Positions 49,144 through 58,834 of a stretch of 64,000 nucleotides of DNA are shown here, in pieces (position 1 is the stretch's first letter; the number at the start of each line of letters is the position of its first letter). The position numbers and the translations under genes were made by a program. The DNA is from Phycisphaerae bacterium (GTDB lineage Bacteria > Planctomycetota > Phycisphaerae > UBA1845 > PWPN01), in contig DATIKE010000155.1 of NCBI GenBank assembly GCA_035477895.1, forward strand, positions 5,045 through 69,044, written 5' to 3'. The notes under the pieces are model-generated. The model was not told where the DNA came from and made no database searches. It worked only from the letters and a program-made list of their open reading frames with translations.

Positions 49144-50538
49144 ATGGACATCCGCCCCGAACCAACTTCCGTCTGCCTGCCGCCTGAGCAGCCTGTGGGC
49201 ACTCCCGCGAACCTGACGGCCCTCTTTCTGCTCCTGGCAGCCGGGCTCATGATCGGCACCATCCTGAACCACAAGGAACCGGTGTACGGAGCCAACGACG
49301 CCTCGCGCTGGAATACGGTCTATTACCTTGTCGAGCACGGCACGTACGAGTACCTGCCCAAGCACGGCGCCTGGTGGGGCCATCCCGATCCAACGCTGCC
49401 CCGACAGATCCCCCCATTCGCAACAATTGACATGATCCGCATCCCTGACGCCCAGGGCGGCGATCGCTACTACTCCAGCAAGCCGCCTTTGCTGCCGACC
49501 GTCCTGGCCGGCGTGGTGCTGCTGATCGAGAAGCTGTCCCTCGGTCATGCCGACTTCCGGCAGAATCCGTGGTTCATCATCCGCACGACGCTCATTCTCG
49601 TTCAGGTGGTTCCGCTGCTGGCGGCGTTCTGGCTGATCCGCCGCGACGTGCTGCGGGGGCGCGACACCCCGTTCGCCCACGCCTTCAGCCTGGCCGCGAT
49701 CGCGCTGGGAACTTATCTGACCGCCTATGCGGTGACGTTGAACAACCACGTGATCGCGGCGGCCACGGGCATGTTCGCCGCCCACGCGATGATACGAATC
49801 TGGTACGACGAGCGGCGAGGCCGGCACTGGTACGCCATCACCGGGTTCTTCGGTGCATTCACCGCGGCCGTCGAGCTGCCGGCCGGCCTGCTGCTGGCCG
49901 GGCTGTTTCTTCTGATGCTGATCAGGGATTGGCGTCGAACGCTGATCGCCGCTTTGCCCGCCGCCCTGCTCCCCACCGTCGTCGCCCTGTACACCAATTA
50001 CCTGGTCACCGGCTCGATCTGGCCGGCCTACACCGAGGTCTTCAAGCCGGGCGGCTGGTACGACTTCCCCGGCAGTTACTGGAGCCAGCCCTCCGGCATC
50101 GACGCCGCCCAGGAGAGCAAACTCGCCTACCTCACCCACATGCTGATCGGGCACCACGGATTCTTCTCGCTCACACCGATACTGCTCATCTGCCTGTTAG
50201 GCATGATCCGGGAGATGATGCGTCCGGCGGACGGCCGACGGTGCCTGGCAAGCGTGACGCTGCTGCTGACTGCCGTGGTGGCCGCTGTGTATGTGTACAC
50301 GACCAACAACTACGGCGGGCTGTGCGAGGGGTTCCGCTGGCTGTTCTGGGTGGTTCCGCTGTGGCTTCTGTTCGTGGCCGAAGGCGCGGACCTCCTGGGT
50401 CGAAATCGCCTGGGCCGACTGGTCTGCTATGCTTTCCTGGCTGTCTCCGTCCTCAGCATGGCCGACGCCCTGCCCAGGCCGTGGGCCCAGTCATGGCTCC
50501 ATCGCCTCTTCCTGCAATACCAGTGGGTCAATTACTGA
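49144..50538 (+). CDS. Polytopic GT-C-like glycosyltransferase candidate (ArnT/PMT_2-like)
   Basis: About 12 TM helices. A first-loop acidic motif and YSSKPPLLPTVLAG (the KPPL motif recalled from ArnT/PMT-type enzymes). Confidence 0.6.
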   Translation: MDIRPEPTSVCLPPEQPVGTPANLTALFLLLAAGLMIGTILNHKEPVYGANDASRWNTVYYLVEHGTYEYLPKHGAWWGHPDPTLPRQIPPFATIDMIRIPDAQGGDRYYSSKPPLLPTVLAGVVLLIEKLSLGHADFRQNPWFIIRTTLILVQVVPLLAAFWLIRRDVLRGRDTPFAHAFSLAAIALGTYLTAYAVTLNNHVIAAATGMFAAHAMIRIWYDERRGRHWYAITGFFGAFTAAVELPAGLLLAGLFLLMLIRDWRRTLIAALPAALLPTVVALYTNYLVTGSIWPAYTEVFKPGGWYDFPGSYWSQPSGIDAAQESKLAYLTHMLIGHHGFFSLTPILLICLLGMIREMMRPADGRRCLASVTLLLTAVVAAVYVYTTNNYGGLCEGFRWLFWVVPLWLLFVAEGADLLGRNRLGRLVCYAFLAVSVLSMADALPRPWAQSWLHRLFLQYQWVNY

Positions 50539-50571
50539 GTATGGATCGAGGTGAACCCGCGTCGTTTGCCG

Positions 50572-50850
50572 TTACCGGAAGATGCCTCGCACCGTGTCCG
50601 GCGTGATTCGACCCGCGACCAGTGGTCGTTCGATCACCGCGGCCTGAAGTTCATCGCCGACCCGGCGCGCACCGGCGATCAACGCTTCTTCCATGTCGTC
50701 GAACAGGTCCGTGGCGACCGGCGGGGTCGCGCACTGAAGCCGCCACTTATTCTGCTCGTGGACAAGCTGAACCGGCACCGGGGTCTGGATGCACAAACCG
50801 TTGCCTTTTTGATCGACTTCGACGGTCATGTTGATGCGAAAGCCGGCCAT
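50572..50850 (-). CDS. Hypothetical 92-aa protein
   Basis: Start MAGFRINMTVEVDQKG with GGGAGGA upstream. No family is recognised. The upstream part of track ORF 50572-51057 is rejected. Confidence 0.4.
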   Translation of the reverse strand: MAGFRINMTVEVDQKGNGLCIQTPVPVQLVHEQNKWRLQCATPPVATDLFDDMEEALIAGARRVGDELQAAVIERPLVAGRITPDTVRGIFR

Positions 50851-51143
50851 CCTGATCCTCCCTGCGGGTGACGGTTCCCCTCCAAGGCATGTGGATCGCC
50901 CCGGCGGATCCTTCGCGTCTTGGACTGATGCCGGCCGACCCCTGTCTCCTGCGGGGCCCGGCAGGCACGGAAAGCATCCGTAAGATCGGTTGGAAAACGG
51001 GGGCACCTGCGATGAGGACCGGCTGCCGCGCGGATTTGCCGACGAGGCCGATAACACCGCCGTCGCCGGATGGCCGGCGGAGTTTTTATGAGACGCCCGA
51101 ACAGTTTATTGGGGGTATTCTTCGCGTGCGCCCTAAAACCCAT

Positions 51144-51223
51144 GCGGCACCGGCGTCTGCCTGTGCGTGCCTGTCTGCGTGCGTACGCGCACAGGCAGGT
51201 ACGCACGCAGACAGGTCTCGCCG
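51144..51223. repeat. Family 2 nested palindrome, inverted copy of 49042-49125
   Basis: gcggcaccggcgtctgcctgtgcgtgcctgtctgcgtgcgtacgcgcacaggcaggtacgcacgcagacaggtctcgccg aligns by eye to the reverse complement of 49042-49125 with only a few mismatches. Confidence 0.7.
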
Positions 51224-51281
51224 CGAGTGCCGGTCGATCGAGGATCGGCGCGCCCGGATTGCCGCGGGTCTTCTCATACAC

Positions 51282-51701
51282 TCAGCCGTCGCGGCCGGCC
51301 AGAAAGGATTCGAGCAGAACCTGGGCGGCCACCGCGTCCTGGCGGGCTTTCTTGCCTTTTCGGGTCAGGCCGCGTTCGACCAGGCGGGCGTCGGCTGCGT
51401 GAGAGGTCAGCCGTTCATCGTGAAGGTGCACGGCCAGCGGGCTGAGCCGCCGAAGGGCGTCGGCAAGCGATCGGCTCACTTTCGCCTGCCGCCCTTCCGT
51501 CCCGTCCATATTCAGGGGAAGCCCGACGATAATGGCTTCGGCGGCGTACTCGCCGGCCACCCGCAGAATCTCGCCCGCGTTCTCTTCCGGGTTCGGGCGC
51601 GCAGGCAACACCGCCAGCGGCGAGACGATCCCCCCCGGCTCGCTCAAGGCCAAGCCGATCCGCTTCGTCCCCAGGTCGACACCAAGACAGCGAACGTACA
51701 T
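51282..51701 (-). CDS. ruvX: Holliday junction resolvase-like protein RuvX (YqgF)
   Basis: MYVRCLGVDLGTKRIGLALSEP...IIVGLPLNMDGTEG...DERLTS. Confidence 0.88.
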   Translation of the reverse strand: MYVRCLGVDLGTKRIGLALSEPGGIVSPLAVLPARPNPEENAGEILRVAGEYAAEAIIVGLPLNMDGTEGRQAKVSRSLADALRRLSPLAVHLHDERLTSHAADARLVERGLTRKGKKARQDAVAAQVLLESFLAGRDG

Positions 51702-51845
51702 TTCGCCCCGTTCGCTAAGGCCTAACCCATGAAATGTCAAGTCGGGTATCATTCAGGCCCAGTCAGGAGGTCCGTGACAGTTTAGGCGGGTCCCAACAGA
51801 ACCCCGAGCGCCTGTCTGCCGCAGGCAGGCAAGCGGGTGGGCCCG

Positions 51846-51931
51846 CCTGCCTGTGCGTGCCCGCACGCAAACAGGCCCGTCGCCGGCGCTTCGGGTTCTG
51901 ACCTGCCTGTGCGTTTCTGCGCGCAGACAGG
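51846..51931. repeat. Two further family 2 palindromes
   Basis: cctgcctgtgcgtgcccgcacgcaaacagg (51846-51875) and cctgcctgtgcgtttctgcgcgcagacagg (51902-51931). The adjacent cacccgcgcagacccagccgc also occurs at ~16170. Confidence 0.55.
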
Positions 51932-52019
51932 TCACCCGCGCAGACCCAGCCGCCTCAACTGTCACGGACCCCCAGTCAGGCTCCGGGGATCCACGCCTAT
52001 CAGCCAGGAGCATGACCAA

Positions 52020-54128
52020 ATGCCTCGCCGGCCCGACAACATTCCGCAAGCGACGTCCTGCCACCGCTGGCTGGTCGTCCTCGTGCTGGCCGCGGGCGCC
52101 TTGGCGTACGCCAACAGCCTGAGCGGGCCGTTCATCTTCGACGACCTTGAGAGCATCCCGCAGAATCCGAACATCCGGCAACTCTGGCCGGTCCGGCAGG
52201 CGATGGCCGCACCGCCGCGCAGCACGATCGTCGCCCGGCCGGTCGTCTCGTTGTCACTCGCACTCAACTACGCCGTCGGCGGCCTGGACGTGCGCGGGTA
52301 TCACGTCTTCAACATTGCCGTTCACCTCGCCTCGTCGCTGCTTCTGATGGGAGTTGTTCGACGAACACTGCTCTCGCCGGCGATCGGCGGTCGATATGAT
52401 CGGTCGGCCCATTACCTCGCAGCCGCGGTCGCGATGATCTGGACCGTCCATCCTCTTCAGGCCGAAAGTGTCACCTACATCATTCAGCGGACCGAGTTGC
52501 TGATGGCCCTGTTCGCCCTGCTGACTCTGTATTGTGCCGTTCGAGGCTGGACCTCGGGCCGAGGTGGATGGTTTGCGGCGACAATCGCCTCCTGTGTTCT
52601 CGGCATGGGCAGCAAGGAGACGATGGTGGTCGCGCCATTGCTCGTGCTGCTGTACGACCGCGCGTTCGTGTCGGGGACTTTCCGTCAATCGCTCAAAGAT
52701 CATCGCGGCCTCTACATCGGATTGGCCGCAAGCTACCTTGTCCTGGCAATCGCACTGGCAACCGGTCCGCCGCGGGAGACGGCCGGCTTCGGCCTGGGAA
52801 TTTCATGGTGGGACTACCTCAAAACCCAGGCCGGCGTCATCGTGTGGTACTGGCGGCTGTGCTTCTGGCCCGATCCGCTGGTGATCTCATATCACGACTG
52901 GCCGATCGCCCGCCGACTGGCCGACGTCTGGCCGCAATGCCTGCTGGTGATGACGATTCTGGCGACCTGTACATGGGCTCTGAGGTACCGCCCGACCCTG
53001 GGTTTCCTGGGCGGCTGGTTCTTTCTGATCCTGGCTCCGACCTCGAGCATTTACCCGATGGTCCTGGAGATCGCGGGCGAACGGCGGATGTACCTGCCCC
53101 TGGCGGCGGTGACGGTGCTGGTGGTCGTCGTCGGGCACGAATGGATCGCGAGCGCGTGCCGGCGGCTCGGAACTTCGACGCGCCGCCGGGCCGGCATCAC
53201 CGGGACCGTCTTGATGCTTGTTGTGACTACTTTGTGCGGCCTCACCAGTCTCAGGAACCGGGACTACCGGGACGAACTCACGATCTGGCGCGACACGGTC
53301 GAAAAGCGGCCGGGCAACTCGATCGCCCACAACAACCTGGCCACGGTCCTGATCGACCGCGGCGAGATCGAGAGCGCCTGGCCGCACGTGGAAGCCGCCC
53401 TGCGGATCGAGCCGACCCTGGCGGAGGCCCACAACAACCACGGCGTCATCCTCGCCAAACGGGGCCGGGTCGCCGAAGCGGCGAGTGCATACCGGCAGGC
53501 GTTGGCACTAAAAGCCGATTATCCACAGGCCCACACGAACCTGGGACGAGTCTTCACCATGCAGGGCAACCCGGAGGAAGCCCTTCGATGCCACATGGAA
53601 GCGGTACAGCTCGACCCGCACTTGGCGGAGGCCCGTAATAACCTCGCAACCGTGCTTTCCGCCCGGGGGGATCCGGAAGGGGCCATCGAGCATCTCGTCG
53701 AGGCCGTCCGACTGAAACCCGACTTCATGGAAGCTCATTACAACCTGGGAAACATACTGGCCCAGGCAAGACGACTCGACGAGGCCATCCTGCAGTACCG
53801 GAAAACGCTGGAGCTGAGCCCCGACCATGGCGACACGCTGAACAACCTGGGAGCGGCTCTTTACCACAAGGGTCTCAAGCAGCACGCCCGGGACTGCTGG
53901 GAACGAGCCCTGCGAAATCGACCGGACTCGCCGGAGATCCACACCAACCTGGGCGGGGTGTGCTTCGAGCAAGGGGATGCAGAGCGGGCCTTTCGGCATT
54001 GGCAGACCGCGTTGCGCCTCGATCCCGACTTCGCGCCGGCCAGGGCCCATCTCGAAATGGCCTTGAGCCATAACGGTCATCCGCCGAAGGCCAATCCGAC
54101 ATCCACGCCGGCGGCCAACGGCCAATGA
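52020..54128 (+). CDS. TMTC-like membrane protein: N-terminal polytopic GT-C-like domain fused to C-terminal TPR repeats
   Basis: Start MPRRPDNIPQ with AGGAG upstream. LAYANSLSGPFIFDDLESI is the typical N-terminus of DUF1736/TMTC-type proteins. About 10 TM helices, then 9 or more TPR repeats (AHNNLATVL, AHNNHGVIL, AHTNLGRVF...). Confidence 0.75.
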   Translation: MPRRPDNIPQATSCHRWLVVLVLAAGALAYANSLSGPFIFDDLESIPQNPNIRQLWPVRQAMAAPPRSTIVARPVVSLSLALNYAVGGLDVRGYHVFNIAVHLASSLLLMGVVRRTLLSPAIGGRYDRSAHYLAAAVAMIWTVHPLQAESVTYIIQRTELLMALFALLTLYCAVRGWTSGRGGWFAATIASCVLGMGSKETMVVAPLLVLLYDRAFVSGTFRQSLKDHRGLYIGLAASYLVLAIALATGPPRETAGFGLGISWWDYLKTQAGVIVWYWRLCFWPDPLVISYHDWPIARRLADVWPQCLLVMTILATCTWALRYRPTLGFLGGWFFLILAPTSSIYPMVLEIAGERRMYLPLAAVTVLVVVVGHEWIASACRRLGTSTRRRAGITGTVLMLVVTTLCGLTSLRNRDYRDELTIWRDTVEKRPGNSIAHNNLATVLIDRGEIESAWPHVEAALRIEPTLAEAHNNHGVILAKRGRVAEAASAYRQALALKADYPQAHTNLGRVFTMQGNPEEALRCHMEAVQLDPHLAEARNNLATVLSARGDPEGAIEHLVEAVRLKPDFMEAHYNLGNILAQARRLDEAILQYRKTLELSPDHGDTLNNLGAALYHKGLKQHARDCWERALRNRPDSPEIHTNLGGVCFEQGDAERAFRHWQTALRLDPDFAPARAHLEMALSHNGHPPKANPTSTPAANGQ

Positions 54129-54131
54129 GAT

Positions 54132-54548
54132 TCATTCGCCGATGACCGTCACGACGATCTCGCGGTTGCGCGGCTTGATGTCGCATTCAAGGTGAAAAAC
54201 CTGCTGCCAGGTGCCCAGCACGAGGCAACCTTCGCGGACGGGCACGGTCAAGTCAGGCCCCAGCCACGTCGCCTGCAGGTGCGAGTGTCCGTTGCCGTCG
54301 TTCCAGGCCAGCTCATGGCCGTAGTCCCGGCTTGGAGGGATAAGTTTGTCCAGCATCTCGGGCAGGTCGCGATTCAGGCCCGGCTCGAACTCGATGGTCC
54401 CCACCGCTCCCGTGCTGCCCACATTGAACACATGCGCGATACCGGTGCGTATCCGCGAGGCCTGCACGACCCGGCTGACCTCGTCGGTTATATCGTGCAT
54501 CTCCCGGTGGCCGGTCGTCCGAAAAGTGATGCGATCCTGGTAGACCAT
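54132..54548 (-). CDS. yjbQ: YjbQ-family (UPF0047) secondary thiamine-phosphate synthase-like protein
   Basis: Start MVYQDRITFRTTGHREMHDITDEV with GGAGG upstream. ...NGHSHLQA...GTWQ. Confidence 0.88.
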   Translation of the reverse strand: MVYQDRITFRTTGHREMHDITDEVSRVVQASRIRTGIAHVFNVGSTGAVGTIEFEPGLNRDLPEMLDKLIPPSRDYGHELAWNDGNGHSHLQATWLGPDLTVPVREGCLVLGTWQQVFHLECDIKPRNREIVVTVIGE

Positions 54549-54614
54549 CTCTGCGCCTCCATCACCAACGAGGCGCACATTCTACCGCACCGGTACGACG
54601 ATCGTCATCGGGTC

Positions 54615-55787
54615 CTACGCGCCGTCGCGGCCGAGGCCGCGCTCAAGGTCGACGATCAGGTCATCAGGGTGCTCGATTCCGATGGACAATCGGATTGTCG
54701 AAGGGCTGATGCCGGCTTCGGTGCGCCGCTGCTCGCTGATCGAGGAATGGCTCATCGTCCACGGCTGCTCGACGAGCGACTCCACGCCGCCAAGAGACTC
54801 GGCCAGCGAGAACAGCCGCAGCCGGCCCACGAAGTCCTCGACGGGAACACGCTCGAGGTCCAGGTCGAAACTGACCATACCACCGAAACCCTTCATCTGG
54901 AGACGGGCCAGTGCATGGCCGGGGTGATCCTCAAGGCCGGGGTAGTACACCTTGCGCACATGCGGATGCCGGACCAGCCGGCGGGCGACCGCCGTCGCGT
55001 TGCGCTGGTGGGCCTCCATCCGATAGGGCAACGTCTTGATCCCGCGCAGCACCAGCCAGGCGTCGAATGGCGAACAGGCCGTCCCCAGCGCGTTCACCAG
55101 GAACCCGACGCGCTCGGCCAGCTTCGCGTCGCGCACGATAATCGCCCCGCCGACCACGTCGCTGTGCCCGTTGAGATACTTGGTGGTCGAGTGCACGATG
55201 ATGTCGGCCCCGAAGTCGAAAGGCCGCTGGAAATACGGGCTCATGAAGGTGTTGTCCACGATGGACAGCAACCCGCGCTCGCGGACCATTCCGATCACGG
55301 CCGACAGATCCACCAGGTTCAACAGCGGATTCGACGGCGTCTCGATGAACACGGCCCGCGTCTCCGGACGGATCGCTCGACGGACCTCCTCCGGGTCACC
55401 CATCCGGACAAAGGAGACCTCGATGCCGAGTTGCGGCAGCACCTGCTCGAAAAGCCGCATCGTCCCGCTGTAAATGTCGTGCCCGGTGACGATGTGATCG
55501 CCCGTTTTGAACAACATCATCACCGACGTGACCGCCGACATCCCGGTGCACGTCGCCCACGCCGCCGTTCCGCCCTCCAGCGAGGCCAGACTGTCCTGCA
55601 GGGCCTGCCGGGTCGGGTTCCCCGAACGCGTGTAGTCGTAACCCTTGTGCACCCCGATCCGCTCGAAAGCGAACGTCGAAGTCGGGTAAATCGGAGTGGT
55701 CACGGAGTTGTAGGCCGTGTCCTTGTACACACCCTGATGCACGGCCAGGGTTTCCGGTCTCAATGGGTCAGCGGGTTGATGGTTCAT
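54615..55787 (-). CDS. Cys/Met-metabolism PLP enzyme (cystathionine gamma-synthase/lyase or O-acyl-homoserine sulfhydrylase family)
   Basis: Start MNHQPADPLRPETLAVHQG.... PLP-lysine region HSTTKYLNGHSDV. The upstream 136 codons of the track ORF are rejected. Confidence 0.88.
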   Translation of the reverse strand: MNHQPADPLRPETLAVHQGVYKDTAYNSVTTPIYPTSTFAFERIGVHKGYDYTRSGNPTRQALQDSLASLEGGTAAWATCTGMSAVTSVMMLFKTGDHIVTGHDIYSGTMRLFEQVLPQLGIEVSFVRMGDPEEVRRAIRPETRAVFIETPSNPLLNLVDLSAVIGMVRERGLLSIVDNTFMSPYFQRPFDFGADIIVHSTTKYLNGHSDVVGGAIIVRDAKLAERVGFLVNALGTACSPFDAWLVLRGIKTLPYRMEAHQRNATAVARRLVRHPHVRKVYYPGLEDHPGHALARLQMKGFGGMVSFDLDLERVPVEDFVGRLRLFSLAESLGGVESLVEQPWTMSHSSISEQRRTEAGISPSTIRLSIGIEHPDDLIVDLERGLGRDGA

Positions 55788-55803
55788 GACTCTCAATCCC
55801 CTT

Positions 55804-56757
55804 TCAAGCCGTCTCGAACAAAGGTGTCGACAGGTAACGTTCCCCGAAACTGCAGGCGACGGTGATGATCGCCTTGCCGCGATATTCCGGTCGGGCGGCG
55901 ACGCGGGCGGCGGCACACACGTTCGCCCCCGTGCTGATGCCGCCCAGGATGCCCTCCTGTTTGGCCAGTCGGCGGGCCCAGTCGAAGGCCTCCTCGTTCG
56001 TGACCGTCTCCACGCCGTCCAGCAGCGAGGTATCCAGATTCCGGGGTATGAATCCCGCGCCGATACCCTGAATCTTGTGCGGGCCGGGCTTGATCGGCTG
56101 GTCGGAACGCAGTTGGGTGATGACCGGCGAATCCACCGGCTCGACAGCAATGGCCTTGAACGACGGATTCCGAGCCCGGATGTGGCGCGTGACACCCGTG
56201 ATCGTCCCGCCGGTTCCCACGCCGGTAACGATCAGGTCTACCTTGCCGCCGGTGTCCGCCCAGATCTCGGCCCCGGTGGTCTGCTCGTGAATCTGGGGGT
56301 TGGCCGGGTTGTCGAACTGCTGCGGCATCCAGGCGTTCTTTGTGTCCGCCGCCAACTCGTTGGCCTTGGCGATCGCGCCGCGCATACCCTCGCCGGCCGG
56401 GGTCAGAACCAGTTGCGCCCCCAGGGCCTGCAGCAGCCGGCGTCGCTCGATGCTCATCGATTCCGGCATCGTCAACGTCAGGCGATACCCCTTGGCGGCA
56501 CATACGAAGGCCAGGGCAATCCCGGTGTTGCCGCTGGTCGGCTCGATGATGTGAGTGCCCTCCTTGAGCACCCCGGACTTCTCAGCCGCCTCGATCATCG
56601 CCCGCCCGATCCGGTCCTTCACGCTGGACAAGGGATTGAAGAACTCCAGCTTGAGCAGGACCGCAGCGTGGTCGGCCGGAATGATCCGATTCAGCCGAAC
56701 CAACGGCGTGTTGTACGTCGTTTCCAGTACGCCTGGGTAGGTTTTCCCGTGCGGCAT
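55804..56757 (-). CDS. cysK: Cysteine synthase A (O-acetylserine sulfhydrylase)
   Basis: [10 protein letters not shown]...[15 protein letters not shown]...[12 protein letters not shown]...[10 protein letters not shown]. Confidence 0.93.
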   Translation of the reverse strand: MPHGKTYPGVLETTYNTPLVRLNRIIPADHAAVLLKLEFFNPLSSVKDRIGRAMIEAAEKSGVLKEGTHIIEPTSGNTGIALAFVCAAKGYRLTLTMPESMSIERRRLLQALGAQLVLTPAGEGMRGAIAKANELAADTKNAWMPQQFDNPANPQIHEQTTGAEIWADTGGKVDLIVTGVGTGGTITGVTRHIRARNPSFKAIAVEPVDSPVITQLRSDQPIKPGPHKIQGIGAGFIPRNLDTSLLDGVETVTNEEAFDWARRLAKQEGILGGISTGANVCAAARVAARPEYRGKAIITVACSFGERYLSTPLFETA

Positions 56758-56825
56758 GACTTGCTCCTGATAGCCCCGGCCATCATCCGGGGGGGGGCGT
56801 CAACGGAGAGCCCCGGCCCATGAAA

Positions 56826-56849
56826 ATATCGACGATACTAGTCGTCTAT
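56826..56849. promoter_or_regulatory. Candidate Rrf2-regulator operator (site 1, upstream of cysK)
   Basis: ATATCGACgatactaGTCGTCTAT has the dyad CGAC-N7-GTCG flanked by AT-rich arms. The same CGA-N8-GTCGTM core with AT-rich flanks recurs at 57362, 62125 and, inverted, 62248. Confidence 0.45.
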
Positions 56850-56878
56850 TAATCCAGACTGAAGCCGCCTTTTCCGGC

Positions 56879-57343
56879 TCAGATTCCCGCGCCGCCCATG
56901 AACTCGGGGGCAAACACTTCCTGCCGTGTCACCGGCGCGCCAGCAAAGACCTTCGCCAGCGTCGCTCCGTCCATGAGCTTGTTGGTCATGTTCCTGATGT
57001 CCAGCAGAACCCGCCGAAAGCGGCACACCGGTTCCTGGCTGCATCGCTCATACTGGCTGACCGATACGCATCCGATCGGGGCCATCAATCCGTCGAAATA
57101 CCGGACCACCTGGCCCATTGTGATCTTGTCCGGGCTCTTGGCCATCACGTAGCCGCCCTTCTTGCCCGAAACGCTGCGGACCCACCCCCGGGCCTTCATG
57201 TCGAGCATGATGTGCTCGAGAAACCGCTTGGGCACATCATTACGTCGGGCCAGTTCCCGGATCGGGATCGGCCCGCGCCCGAAATGCTCCACGAGCGTGA
57301 ACAGCGCCCGTAATCCGTAGTCGGTTCTCTGGGACAGTTTCAT
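56879..57343 (-). CDS. Rrf2-family transcriptional regulator (IscR/CymR-like)
   Basis: MKLSQRTDYGLRALFTLVEH...IPIRELARRNDVPKRFLEHIMLDMK... is a winged HTH. It has three Cys (CVSVSQYERCSQEPVC), consistent with a cluster-ligating Rrf2. Confidence 0.9.
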   Translation of the reverse strand: MKLSQRTDYGLRALFTLVEHFGRGPIPIRELARRNDVPKRFLEHIMLDMKARGWVRSVSGKKGGYVMAKSPDKITMGQVVRYFDGLMAPIGCVSVSQYERCSQEPVCRFRRVLLDIRNMTNKLMDGATLAKVFAGAPVTRQEVFAPEFMGGAGI

Positions 57344-57361
57344 GCGCCACCCGGCAGCTTA

Positions 57362-57385
57362 ATATCGATCATTTCTGTCGTATAT
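57362..57385. promoter_or_regulatory. Candidate Rrf2 operator (site 2, immediately upstream of the Rrf2 gene)
   Basis: ATATCGATcatttctGTCGTATAT lies 19 nt upstream of the Rrf2 start codon. Confidence 0.45.
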
Positions 57386-57436
57386 TAACTCCCGTATTTC
57401 AGCTTGTCAACCCCATCGCCGCAGATATTTCGTGTC

Positions 57437-58834
57437 TCAGTCCTGCGTAAGGGTCGCCGCGGACGGATCGAATGCCCGGCGGTGCTCCGACCAGGTAATC
57501 CGGGCCGCATCGTCGGCAAACCAGATCTGCGCCTTCCAGACCCCCACTCCATACGCCTGAACGTAAGCGTCGATTTCTTCGGGACTTGTGATCACGATCG
57601 CATCGTGGGCGGGTAACGGTCGGCCCAGGTCCGGATGAAGTCGGCGGATCAGAAGACTCAGCCGGACAAGGCTGTCGCCGGCGACCAGCCCCGCCTGTTC
57701 GAGGCCGGCGACCTGGCGCGATTCACCGACCACCAGGATGCCGGCCCCTGAGCTTGCTTCCGGTGTCCGGGCGATTTGCTCCGCCGACCGGCCCGCGAGG
57801 ATCAGATCCGGGCGAACCCCCTGCTCGCGCAGCCGGCGGGCGACTGGATCATCGGCTGCCACCACTTTCACCCCCGCCAGCGAGCGGGCATCGCCGCCGA
57901 GATCGTTGATCCCCTGGAAAAAGATCTGGAGAGTGGTCGAATCGGCGAAAACCACCCGGCCGTAACGTCCGCGACGCAGATCATTCAGGCAATCAGTCAG
58001 CAGAGAACGGGCGGACTCGATCGGCTCGGCGACCAGGGCCGGCCAATGAATCACGTCGCCCAAGTGGCGGAAATCGTCGGGGTGCTGACCGGCAAAGAGT
58101 ATCCTCGGACGGCGAGGCAGTTCCGTCTCCCAGGCCGCGCCCACGCCGACCACCAGAATCGCCGGGGCGGCGATCGCCATGTCGTCCAGCATCGGAGCGA
58201 TGGTTTCCAGCGTGCCGCTGCAGCGGTTCTCCCAGGGCATCGACACGCGCGACAAGACGGCCGCGGGGGTTTCCGGCGGCCAGCCTTGCTCGATCAGCCG
58301 GGCGGCAATCTCGCCGAGAACACTGATCCCCATGAAAACGATGAGCGTGTCCGCCTTGGGGTAATCGGGGTTGAGTCGGCCTCCCGAACAGCGGGCGGTG
58401 ACCACGGCGAAGGATCGCCCGCGATCTCGGGAGGTCAACGGCATGGCGGCCAGCGTCGGGCCGGCGATGGACGCGCTGACGCCCGGCACGACCTCCCAAA
58501 AGATGCCACGACTGGTAAAAAACTCATTCTCCTCGCATCCCCGCCCAAACAGGAACGGGTCTCCGTTCTTGAGCCTGACGACCACTTCGCCCGCCTCGGC
58601 CGCCCGAGCCATGCGCTCGAGGATCTGCTCATGATGGTCGCGGGTGTCGCCGTGTTGAAGACAGGTCAACCTGACGCGGGCCGGGATACCCAGTTCGGAG
58701 AGGTATTCACCAGTCAGCAGCGAGTCGGCAATCACCCATGAAGCCCCGCGAAGCGCTCGCAGCCCGCGCAGGGTGATCAGGTCGGGCGAGCCGGGGCCGG
58801 CTCCGACGAGATAGACCTTGCCGGGGGGTGTCAT
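57437..58834 (-). CDS. cobA: Uroporphyrinogen-III C-methyltransferase fused to a uroporphyrinogen-III synthase-like domain
   Basis: Start MTPPGKVYLVGAGPGSPDLITLRG (SUMT motif) with GGAGGA upstream and an ATGA overlap with sirC. The C-terminal ~200 aa is HemD-like. Confidence 0.85.
   Translation of the reverse strand: MTPPGKVYLVGAGPGSPDLITLRGLRALRGASWVIADSLLTGEYLSELGIPARVRLTCLQHGDTRDHHEQILERMARAAEAGEVVVRLKNGDPFLFGRGCEENEFFTSRGIFWEVVPGVSASIAGPTLAAMPLTSRDRGRSFAVVTARCSGGRLNPDYPKADTLIVFMGISVLGEIAARLIEQGWPPETPAAVLSRVSMPWENRCSGTLETIAPMLDDMAIAAPAILVVGVGAAWETELPRRPRILFAGQHPDDFRHLGDVIHWPALVAEPIESARSLLTDCLNDLRRGRYGRVVFADSTTLQIFFQGINDLGGDARSLAGVKVVAADDPVARRLREQGVRPDLILAGRSAEQIARTPEASSGAGILVVGESRQVAGLEQAGLVAGDSLVRLSLLIRRLHPDLGRPLPAHDAIVITSPEEIDAYVQAYGVGVWKAQIWFADDAARITWSEHRRAFDPSAATLTQD

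Noticed and set aside
48941-51931. CRISPR array
   Set aside because: The repeats are palindromic, of variable form and irregular spacing. They occur in both orientations and have no uniform spacers or cas genes. They are REP/MITE-like elements, not CRISPR.
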